Assembly (NCBI GenBank): GCA_030295235.1
Contig: AP026164.1
Span: 1,984,001 to 2,048,000 of the forward strand
From: Fistulifera solaris
Lineage: Eukaryota
DNA length: 64,000 bases
Direction: 5' to 3'
The translations under genes and the position numbers were made by a program. Shown here one piece after another: positions 1 through 10,806 of the stretch (the first letter of the stretch is position 1; each line of letters begins with the position of its first letter). The notes beneath the pieces were generated by a model. The model worked only from the letters and a program-made list of their open reading frames with translations, did not search any database and had not been told where the DNA came from.

Positions 1-802
1 TCCAAAAGTATGCGTGCTGCAACGAATCAATTGACACGCACTGAAGGCAACGATGCGGCGTTCGCCCCAATCAAAAGCTCCAGTGAACCCATCCTTATAA
101 CAAGATCACCTAGTTTTCATCTAGATGAAGTTCTAATGGCCGAAGGTGCGTTGCAAATGAAGACCAAAGTTGCCTATGATGTGTTCACTCCTCTTCGCAA
201 GGTCTTTTCGGTTCCAATTGACATGGTACTATCGGAACGAAATCTTGTCAACATATATGCATCGGGTTACACTCGAGTCCCCGTTCACGCTGCGGATAAT
301 AAATCGGCGATACTTGGAGTCATGCTAACTAAGCAACTCATTGTAGTTGATGGAAAAGACAAAAGGCCACTCAGCACGTTGCCATTACGCATTCCAAATT
401 GTGTGAGTCCTACGATGCCGTTAGTTAATCTACTCAATCTGCTGCAAATGGGAGGCGAAAAAGGGAGGGGTGGTCACATGGCTCTAATTTGCGCCAGACC
501 TGACGTTGGAAACAGAGCCCTTTCTTTAGGACAGGCAGTGCCCGAGACAGCAGGTTTAATAGGCATCGTCACTTTAGAAGATATCTTGGAGGCCTTATTG
601 CAAGAGCAAATTTATGACGAAATGGACGCAAGAGAACGAGCAGCTTTGCGACTTGCCAGGATGGTAGTGAAAAGTGGCGGAAATATGTTCGTACAAGAAA
701 ATCCAAAACGCTGATACCGTCACAAAACAATCCCGCTCTCGTATCGGTGGTACAAACAGTAGTGGCAAAGAGGCCGCGGACGAGAGAACAGCGCTCTTGT
801 AG
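1..802 (+). CDS. CNNM/DUF21-CBS metal transporter, C-terminal part (5' end outside window; apparent frameshifts near 670 and 770)
   Basis: CBS-pair motifs GYTRVPV, ILGVMLTKQL, GIVTLEDILEALLQEQIYDE typical of CNNM/Mam3; reading continues in shifted frames to ...DERTALL* at 802. Confidence 0.8.
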
Positions 803-852
803 ATACTTGTACTCCTCTGATAGTCCTCGATTGACTCCTGAGAAGGTTTCGA

Positions 853-2487
853 CTATTTACACGGCGGAGATTTACGTCGCTGTGTAGTCTTCCGTTTAGG
901 TGGTGCAGTGGAGTCCTCATCTCCCTCGCTTCCTTTTTGATAGGCGGCCCCAGGTTTTCGTCCTAAACCAGGCGTATCACTAAACGATCTATATTTCCCA
1001 TCTGTTGCACTAAAGGCTGGCATTCCAACGTAGTTCCGCATTTCGCCGGTGAAAAATGGGATCGCCCAACCACTACCACAGTCCCCTCGTCGAAATCGTC
1101 ATCTTCTGAGAGCCACTTATCCAGCTTAGCCGATATATCGTCCGAGGCAACCTTCTTTTGACGATATCGTTCAGCCAAGACATTACCTTCTGTTTTTGAA
1201 ATGTTGTATCCACCACTTATGCCACGTTCACAAAGAAGGTTGACCATCTCCTGATTTAGCTCATCATCCATGGCTTCTTCTTCGCCTACTAACATAACTA
1301 AAGCATCGCAACCGAACTGGTTCACATTCAGTCGCCATTCCTCATCATTTCTACCCCATGCATTGCCCGACTGATATGATTTCTGATGAAACATCATGTA
1401 TTCACGGTTGTCTAGGTAGTCGTGCTCCACTGCTTCAGTCGTTAAACCAGCAATCTTTTCATCCTTACTCGCACCGGAGGATACTAAATGAAGGTCGGTT
1501 ACCTCGAAGGTGAGAGGCTCCCAAAGCGCACGTAGTTTTCTGGCTGTCTCCATGGCACTTGTTACTGTATGAAAGGCAGCAATAGGGACGAGAGGTCGGA
1601 AAACATCTTCATCCAAACTTTGTAAAACCGATTTTGGCAGTCGTAATGCACCAGAGACTGTGCTACTGGGAGAATACGCGCCGGTAAAGAAAGACCGTTC
1701 ATCCTTGTTTTGAAAAAGTCCCTCGATTATTTTTTCTGCGAAGGTCCTTGAGTTTCTCCTTGCTTTCTGGGTCTGGCTCCAAAACAACTACAGTCGGCCC
1801 GTTAAACTCTTCGTACATTTGCTTTTGCTTCTGTAGCAAGGCTCTCGCATTGCTTCTTTTGGGATTTGTGCCGTTTTCATTCTCGGTTTCTACAGTTGTT
1901 TCACCATTTCCGGCCATCCTGTCTTTCCTTTTCTCACGCCCGATCCTTTCTTCTCTCGCGATCAATTCCTGGATGGCTCGATCTTCTTCACTCATTGGAA
2001 TTTCACTAGACTCGCTGTCATCACCATGATCGGGTAATTTGCGCATAGCCTCCCAATCCATTTCCAGCGCTTCGACGTGCGGAATGATACTCCATTGATT
2101 CAGCTGGATAGTAAAAGGTTCTATGTTTTCCTTTTCAATGATCTCCGCTATTTTCAAGGCCGCTTCGTGTGTATCTCTTACGAAAGGATGTAACAGTCGT
2201 ATTGCGGGCGGCCATCTCGTATACGATCCATCCCGAGCCAAATGTCGCGCTCGTTGTAAGCGATCCCATGCATCATCCGGAGGGACTACAGCGAGGCACG
2301 TTTCCATCGAAGCTAGTGCTTCAAGATCTTTGTTCTTCCGTGAACCAAATAATCCGAAATGTTTGCTTTCATGAAATTGTGAACTCAGCCATCCTTCGGC
2401 AGTGTGCGAGGATAGCAGAAAGAAGACCGTGACATCGACCCGGAAAACGAAAACAGCACAAAGATGTCTCAGCTTCCGCGTCCACAT
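853..2487 (-). CDS. 2H-phosphoesterase (2'-5' RNA ligase-like) fold protein, probably organelle-targeted; split by frameshifts (~1735, ~1050)
   Basis: LAVVPPDDAWDRLQRAR...D.SY.RWPPAIRLLHPF resembles the N-terminal lobe of LigT-like/LENG9-type 2H domains; hydrophobic N-terminus ending AEG-W; three consecutive minus-strand ORFs. Confidence 0.55.
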
Positions 2488-3025
2488 TTATTCGTTCGTT
2501 GCTCTTTCTCCTTTGATGAAAATAGAAACAAGAAGCTCTTTTAGTAATTGTACGGCTTCCAATGTGGTTAAAAATGACGACGATTCGTTCTGGATGCTTT
2601 GCAATGCGTGCATTTCGCATCTTCTTTTTCCGAGGAATAATTCGCGTCGTGACGACTCGTGACAAGACTAATTTTGAAAGCACCTATGATGTCGCATAGG
2701 TTAAGTATGCGGCAACAGTAAAATTAACTTTTACCTGCTACCACTGAGAGAATGCTATCATCCGTTCGGCAAGAATTACTTAGAGTTGAAATGGAACAAA
2801 AATCATTGAGTAACGATAATATGAAGTACTTTTGGAAAGGCAAGCCACAAGTGTAGTAGGCATGAGTGATTCGAAAGGCATAAGGTATGGCATAATATTT
2901 GATATTATCTATGTTTACGCTTCCACGTCATTGTGATGCATGTAATCGACAAATATTACGGAATGATAATAACGCTGTCATTCTGCATTTATGAAACTAT
3001 GTTGTTTGTGTTTTTGTTTGACAAG

Positions 3026-3697
3026 CTACACATCGTATGGTCCGTTGCGATATCTTGAACCGCCCGTCGACCGAATTTGGCACTCATCTTCTTCGTCGTC
3101 TTCCGAAACCTCCTTGGAGAGATCCGCGACAAGCCCTAGTAGTATGTACACAGATAGAATGACATTGAGGGGCAAAAGAGCGAAAAACATTTTGGAATTG
3201 GTGCCCATGAGAAGATCGACCACCAACCAGAGGAAGCCTGCGCCGAAAACGGCCCCCAACACGAAATGTCCCTCAAATTGCGCAAGGTTCGCTTTGAAAT
3301 GTTTATCGTCCTCAGATTCTTCATCGTCTTCGTTTGATTGGCGACCGATGCGGTTGGCCGATTGCAGTACAATCCTTAGGATGGCGAGAGTAGACCAAAT
3401 AAAGCTGAGAGTCACGGCGTTGTAAATGATGGGTAATCCGACGAGACTGAAATGAGTCTGCTGCAACACATCAGCTCCAAAGATTGTGATAGTCAAAGTG
3501 GTAATACCCACAGTAGCCAGTTGAACGGCAACTCCAATCAACAAACCCATTAGGAGAGCCGGACCGCGCCAGCTGGTCCGACTTTGATTCTGTCTGCCGG
3601 CATCGAGCAAGGGCAGAGCCGCGTCGCCTTCAAAGTCAATTATCTTCGTTTCATTGATTTGGTGCATCGACATTGCAATTATCGTTTTAAAATTCAA
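3026..3697 (-). CDS. Hypothetical four-TM membrane protein
   Basis: 223 aa ORF with four hydrophobic segments and acidic loops. Confidence 0.6.
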   Translation of the reverse strand: MNFKTIIAMSMHQINETKIIDFEGDAALPLLDAGRQNQSRTSWRGPALLMGLLIGVAVQLATVGITTLTITIFGADVLQQTHFSLVGLPIIYNAVTLSFIWSTLAILRIVLQSANRIGRQSNEDDEESEDDKHFKANLAQFEGHFVLGAVFGAGFLWLVVDLLMGTNSKMFFALLPLNVILSVYILLGLVADLSKEVSEDDEEDECQIRSTGGSRYRNGPYDV

Positions 3698-4414
3698 GGC
3701 GATTGCAAATGGCTTGCAACTTACGAGGTGACGATGGTTTGGGTTTGATGCTGATGAGGAAGACTGACAAAGAATTTGACCCTGCTCAATTTTTGCCCCT
3801 CTCCTCTCATCAAGAACAACATGGACTGGTTTGACCGCCTTCGACCTTCGGTGGCGAGCGTCCCTTTAAGATTTTATAAATGCCACCGCCATCTATAGTG
3901 AAATAGTACTACGAATGAAACGCTGGAGAATTTTACTTTTGGTTCTACGACCAAAGATTGAAGCCATCCACGCCCAAAGAACAAACAAGAGAATAATTAT
4001 CACGAACTATGACTTATTATCAATGACCCATTTTTCCAGTCCCGGGGCCAATCCTATGGTTTTGGCACTTCACGATTCACGATGCATTCACGACCAAGAT
4101 GCTCTTCCGGGTTTACGAGCGTCCGATGCAAAGTTACAGTAACTGTGGCAGTAACAAACGAAGAGCTGGAATATCGTACTAATACTCATCCAGTTATTGT
4201 AAACCGTGCTCTTGGAACGCAAGTTGTAGTGTGATGTCATAAAGACGTTTGAACACGGAAGAATTCAAACGGACGAGTTCGAAGTTGGCAAACCAAACCG
4301 CAGCACAAACGTTGCAAAGGAAATAGATTTGAAGGGAATAACATTGCAGTCCAAACAACTTGACTGAATATAGCCATATATATCTTCTGTTGCTGATTCA
4401 AATCAAGCGTTACT

Positions 4415-4976
4415 ATGAGCAGTAGCTTTATCGAAAGTAGTTTCGATTATCAAAGCCTTCTCCCCTCCCGATTTCGAAGCGACCGGCTTGATGTTGAATC
4501 GATTGAGGAGCCCGTCGACGAGACCGGAGAACCGTGTAGCTGTTTTCCCGAAATGACCTGGCGAGAAAGGTTGCTGGGATGTGTAACCTGCATGCTATGT
4601 GGTTACATGCTTTCTATTGGAAGTTTTTGGCGCATCAAGGATCTAGTGATCAATCATGATCCTCTTCCTTTTGTTTTGAATGCGACGATTGGCAACATCA
4701 TCGCTCTTGCGGGGTCTTTTCTTTCTCACCGGACCCAAAGCGCAGTGGAAGAACATGTGGCTAGAGAAACGACGTATCGCAACCGGATTATATCTCGGAT
4801 CTCTGTTTTTGACGTTATTTGTGGCGTTTCTGCCGATTCCCGGACCGGAAGGCTTCTATTTGCTTCTGCTCATGCTCTGTCAGTATATATCCATCACGTG
4901 GTATACTCTTTCGTATGTTCCATTCGCTCACGACATTATAGTGAGCTTTGTGCGACGAAGAATTTCGGTGTCCTAA
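4415..4976 (+). CDS. SFT2: SFT2/Got1 family vesicle transport protein (frameshift ~4720)
   Basis: MTWRERLLG...GNIIALAGSFFLTGPKAQWKNMW.EKRRIAT..Y...WYTLSYVPFA, diagnostic SFT2 motifs across two frames. Confidence 0.85.
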
Positions 4977-5341
4977 ATCAACAATTTGATTCCCAGCATC
5001 ATTATGGGCCTTGAGATTTTGAAATCTTTATAGAGCAAATTTCACGACTATGACCTCCACTTTACTGAATATGGCTTCGCTCCCAAAGCGACTTGTTCAG
5101 TAAGCAAGACGCTTGTCGAACCTATCGCTTTGTGCTCTCCATGACTTGTTCTTAGGCATCCACAATTTCCGATACACAAGCTTACGACATGGACGTCAAA
5201 CGTCAAAGTTAAGCGTTATGAAGGCGACCGCGGAAGTCACAATTTACCCCTGACTCGAAAAAGTTATCCATCCCCCACATGGACAGCTTGAACAAATACG
5301 CCGGTTCATCGCTGATCTCCGATTGTCACCTTTTCGCTTTT

Positions 5342-5539
5342 CTGCGGAGAAGGCTTTCTCTTACTCTCCATCCTCTGGAAAAAGAAACGAGGTATCGTCA
5401 GCCCATCGAATTTCATCGAAGAAATTGGCCGAGAGGAATTGCTGCGGAGAAAGCTTTCTCTTACTCTCCATCCTCTGAAGAAAAGAAACGAGGTATCGTC
5501 AGCCCATCGAATTTCATCGAAGAAATTGGCCGAGAGGAA
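5342..5539 (+). repeat. ~100 bp tandem duplication at the 5' breakpoint of the GTPase pseudogene
   Basis: ctgcggaga...ggccgagaggaa at 5342-5438 and 5442-5539, near-identical with one indel. Confidence 0.9.
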
Positions 5540-6535
5540 GTTGGTTAGTTCAAATGGAAGAACACTAGCGGAGATAAGAAAAACCAAGCCGTCAGTGAAG
5601 AAGGGCACTACAAAGAACGTCATGAGGCAACGGACTTCAATAATTTTCTCGGAGCTTTGAGGGACTTGATTGGCGACAAATTGTCTCAACTGAAAACTAT
5701 ATAGGAGCAGGTGAAACTTTCATTGAAGAACTTATCTCTTGTACAAAGCTTGGCGGACCAATTTCAGGCAGCTGATGAAAAATCCAAAGCTGTGGGTAGG
5801 CAATCGGCTAATATCCTTACTTCTGGAGGACGTACGACGAACTTGAAAAGCCTGTGACAAGCGATTTTTTGGGGTCAACGCCTAAAGACGTTCTTTCGAA
5901 GGGATGACTGAATCAAAGTGCTTTTAAACTTGGACCATCAAGCCTCTTGGGAACGGGAGCAGAACAAGACTCTTGAGAGCACGAGAGGTCTCATTCGTCG
6001 CCCACCTTGTCTTTGAGAAGGCGTCCGAATGTAAGAACAAGATGGGATCTGGTGCTTACCTCCCAAATCACCACCACACGAGTGGTCTGACCTATCTCCT
6101 TTGGACTGGCATTCAATCTTCATATCCATTTTAGTTGATATCATACAACAAAACGTTCTGCTGCACCTTTGGCTATGAAAAGAGTCTGGTTGAGATCATC
6201 AAAGACAGTTTAAGTATTTCATCATTGAGCTGCGCATATTGTTGCTAGAGGCTTACATGGGCAATGTCGAAACAGATTCGGTAGTTGTGGAAACTGTAAC
6301 TATGGTAGTACCTACCGCTCTCACATCGTTGCAGTGATTTCGGGAATCAAGCGTCCCACCCCAGCAATATCTTTGCTTTCACTCTTGATAGTAAAACAGA
6401 GCTGTGCACCGTCAACAAAAACCTTTTTTGCACGCATTCACTCTGCCAACGCCGACGTCTTTTTCCGATCCTAAGCACTGGGGGCACCTCGCGTGGGTGT
6501 ACTGTGAAGTCATCGACTCCTCACAGGCGATGTGA
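5413..6535 (+). pseudogene. Degraded copy of the C-terminal two-thirds of the dynamin-like GTPase gene
   Basis: Collinear DNA similarity to 7963-8989 (IEEIGREEVG*FKWKN...DLSPLDWHSI...SDPKHWGHLAWVYCEV) with in-frame stops and indels; no G domain. Confidence 0.9.
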
Positions 6536-7122
6536 ACCCTGAGAATTACGTAGGTCCCCTAAAACTTAAACAACATATAATTACAGATTCGTTACCAGGT
6601 ACTCACAACAAATATTGTGGTTACAGGTTACAGGTGGTTGTCCCATAGAATCCATGCGTGAGCGACGTCCAAAGTGGAATAAACATAGCCGTGCAAGCAA
6701 TAAACAGCATCAACGCAAGGCTAAAATTTCATCGTTCTAAACGACACGGAGACTTTCAAGCGACTGCACAACAGAAGTTGGAATATCCAGGACATGGTCC
6801 TTATGGCAATCATTCAAGCTATTCGTCTAGCAATTTTTTTGGAAGCTCTAGAAATCTAGCCACGTTCTGATGATTGCCGGTTGGACATTATTTCATGAGG
6901 AACATTTTCTACAGCTATGTTCGCCATTCACTTGCGTGCTTTTTTTATTAGAATAAACCAGCCATATACTCGTTTGGAAAAACAACGAACAGCCAAAAAA
7001 GCAAACCCAAGGAAAATTTCACCAACCAATCAAATTGAAGCAGATATCGCTTCGGCTCCATTTTTTGAACGGCCGAGACGTTTTACGCTTTCATTTTCTT
7101 CTGACAAGATCTCAAAAATACA

Positions 7123-8989
7123 ATGATGGTGCACGCCAAGACTGACATCAAAGTTGCCCTGATCGGGCACGTTTCGGTGGGTAAGACGACGGTCCTTAAT
7201 GCGTTGTTTCGTGACAAGTTCGGCGAGGTTTCGATGAAACGAACGACTGCGGGAATTGACTATTTTCGTATCATCCCCAAGCAAAAGGATGCAAGCAAGA
7301 AGCTCAACGGAGAAAAGAATGCGAAGGGATCGGTGGACAAAATTGGTAAACAGTGGGTCGATATTGCGTCTTACGATACAAAGTCCGCAGGAGCGGTTCT
7401 CAAGGAGATTACGGTCGACAACATGGCCTTTCGAAACTCTTCGGCTATTCACGAGAAATTCTTTGACATTGAACTTGATGAACCGCTGTGTGACATGCGC
7501 AAGGATACAGATCTTGTTGTGGTTGACGTACCGGGCATCAATGAGGCCGGCGCTGGCAGCAAGTATCGGGACTTTGTCGAGAAGAAGTGGGACACGTTTG
7601 ATGTTGTTGTCCTGGTGATGGACGGGAAACAAGGGGTCAACACGGAGGAGCAGTTGAAGCTCCTTCAGTTTGTCAAGAACAACCAAGAAAACGAAACGGA
7701 GAGTTTCATTGATTATTCTTTTGAACAAAGTGGACGATCCCGATGATGAAGAACAGTCCAATCTGGTCGACGAATCTCGCAAGGAGGCAGAGCGGCAATT
7801 CAGCTGCACGCTCGAAAAGCTCCTTCATAGTACTCAGAAGAGCACCAAGAGTAAGACGAGCAAATTTACCCCAATCCTTATTCCGACGTCTGCCATGCAT
7901 GCCTACTTCTATCGTACCGCGTCGTTGATGACCTTCGATCAGTTCAAGAAGTTCGACAAGGATCTCATCGAAAAAATCGGCCGAGAAGAGGTTGGTAAGT
8001 TCAAATGGAAGAACCTTAGCGGGGATAAGAAATACCAAGCCGTCTACGAAGCCGTCAGTGAGGAAGGACAGTACAAGGAACGTCTCGAAGCCACGAACTT
8101 TGACAAATTCCTCGAAGCATTAAGGGATTTCCTTGGTGACGAATCGGGTCAGCTGAAGATTTTACAAGAGCAGGTCAGGGTTTCATTGAAGAACTTATCC
8201 CCTAAGCAAGGCTTGGCGGATCAATTTGAATCTGCATACGAGAAGTCGAAGGTTGTCCGCATGCCCGCAACAGACCTTAGCAGTCACTTCTGGGTCAAGT
8301 ACGACGACTTAGAAAAAAGAGTCATCAAAGACCTCGTAGGACCCGCATCGATTTGCATCTTGTCTGAAGCAATGAAAGAACTAAAGAGCTTCTATGAAAT
8401 AGCGCACGGCGCTTCTTGGCATGAGGATCAGCAAAAGGCCCTTGAACGAATGAAAGGTCTTGTGCGTCACCCACTGCTACCTTTGTTAGAGAAGGCGACA
8501 GCATGCAAAAATCAAATGCAAGGAGGTGCTTTTACCGCGACGTCTCCCCCAACTCAATGGGCCCATTTATCTCCTTTGGACTGGCATACGATCTGTAGTT
8601 CTTTTTTGCTGCTTTCGTGCTACAAATCATTTTGCACAACCTTTGGCTATGAAAAGATGTTGGTAGAGATGGTCAAAGACAGCCTCAGTTCGTCTTTGTT
8701 GAGCTTCACGTACTGTTGCTCCAAGGTTACATGGGAAGGTCAGGAAAGGAACGGAATTCGTGATGGAGGATACACTCGTTGCGGTAGCTGCGGCCGCCAA
8801 TATTATAACACACAGCAAGCGAATATTTTCGCTTTTGAGTTGAACCGCAATTTAGAGCTACTTCCCAGCAATAAAAATGTTTACACCAGCGCGTTCACTC
8901 AACCAATTCCGACGACCATATCGGATCCAAAACACTGGGGACATCTTGCTTGGGTGTACTGTGAGGTCGTGGAGTCCCATACAGCGTGA
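7123..8989 (+). CDS. Dynamin-like (Dynamin_N/TRAFAC) GTPase with helical C-terminus and Cys-rich insert; one frameshift ~7690
   Basis: G1 GHVSVGKT, G2 KRTT, G3 DVPG, G4 NKVD (just after the shift at an A-run); two ORFs join into ~620 aa. Confidence 0.8.
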
Positions 8990-9429
8990 TCTCTAAAAGA
9001 ATACATATTACACAAAGTAGCAATGATTCGTTATCATTTTTTCGGCAACTCGTTAGGGACGAGAAGCTCATTGCAATTCGAAAGCGTCGTTGATACGTAG
9101 ACCACAATTTTGTCTCGTAACGCAAAACCTTCCTTCAAATCCAGGGCGCTTGCTTTATGGACGTTTGTTGCGGTGAACGAAATAGGTTAACATCTCATTG
9201 AATGAGAAGTATGATCCGGTTACGTGTGTTTATTCTTTGCGTCGATAACCTTCCAAAAAGTCAAAAGTCAAAAGTCGTCGCAATTACAGTAGGAGTAAGT
9301 GTATGAAATGAGTGACTGAACTGGCTCGGTCAGGCGTCAGGCATAAGCACGTCAACATGATCATCTCCATGATCAGACGGTGTAACGTAATTCATCGTGT
9401 TGCATGCCTATATTCTTTATTCATTCTAG

Positions 9430-10684
9430 TGGTGGACGATCCAGATGATGAAGAACAGTCAGTTCTTGTCGATGAATCGCGTCAAGAAGTTGAAAAGGAA
9501 TTTGGCTGTCGAATCGAAGAACCCCTTACCACGCATAATGAAGCTCGTAAAGAGGGGGATGCGCCCATCCCCGTTCTCATGCCGACGTCTGCCATGCATG
9601 CCTACTTCTACCGTACTGCGTCACAGATGACTTTCGATCAGTTCAAGTTGATCGACAAAGAGCTCATTGAAAAAATCGGCCGGGAGGGAGTTGGCAGATT
9701 CAAATGGAAGGAACTCAGCGACGATAAACGCTTTCAAGCCGTTTATGATGCAGTCAGCGGGGAAGGGCAGTACAATGAGCGTCTCGAAGCTACGAACTTC
9801 GACAAATTTCTTAGCGCTTCGAAGAAAATCATCGGCGATGAGCAAACTCAACTTATGACCTTGCGAGAGCAGGTCTTGGTAACATTAAAAAACCTCCCGA
9901 AGAAGCAAGGGTTAACTGATGAATTTAAGTTTATCTACGAGAAATCGAAGACAGTGGGTATGCCAGCAGAACCTCTTCGCGATATTTATTGGATTATGTA
10001 CGGGGAACTGGGAAAGCGAGTTGTTTGTGCCTTCATAGGACCCAAAACGAGACACGTTTTGTCAGAGGCAATGATTGAAATTGCACATTTCTTCGAGTCA
10101 GCATGTCGTGCATCGTGGGAAGACGACCGGAATAAATCTCTCGATCGTATGAGATTCCTCACTCGCCACCTCCTGGTCTTTATTTTCGAAAAGGTGAAAG
10201 AATGCAAAGAAAAGATGAAAACGGGCACTGTTGTTCCGAAGTCTCCCCCACTTGTATGGGCAGACTTATCTTCTTTGGACTGGGATTCAATCTGTAGTTC
10301 CATCTTGTTGCTTGGGTACAGCAAATCTTTCTGCAGCACTTATGGCAGTGAAAAATGCTGCTTGAAATTTTGAGAGACAGTCTCATGGCCTCGTCCTCGT
10401 ATTGTGCTCATTGTAAATGTTGGGTGGCTCGCAATAAGAATGTCAATTATGGCAGCAGCGACTATCACGCTCAAGGCCGTTGCAGCAAGTGTGGCACGCA
10501 ATAGACCGAATCATCCAGTAGCTTCACTTTTGCCTTGGACGAAGAACTAGAGCTTATTCCCACTGATAACACACTCTTCTCAACTGTCTTTACCCAGGCA
10601 CTCCCGACGGCGTTCTCGGATCCTAAGCACTGGGGACATCGTGCCTGGTTGTATTGTGAGGTCGTTGACTCGCATACAATATAA
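9430..10684 (+). pseudogene. Third GTPase paralog lacking the G domain; frameshift ~10352 and in-frame TAG ~10502
   Basis: Homology starts abruptly at VDDPDDEEQ and runs to SDPKHWGHRAWLYCEVVDSHTI*; no G1-G3 motifs upstream. Confidence 0.8.
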
Positions 10685-10806
10685 AGTATTTGACGGATAA
10701 CTTGGACGCGCGCGCTCATCGACCTGTCTATCATTTCTTGTTTGAGCCATAAGATCTATAAAACCAATGATACGAACAGCTATGTCATATATATATGCGT
10801 CTTATT

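Noticed and set aside
2682..2750. Possible C/D box snoRNA (ATGATG...CTGA)
   Set aside because: Imperfect C box, no terminal stem, no recognisable rRNA guide
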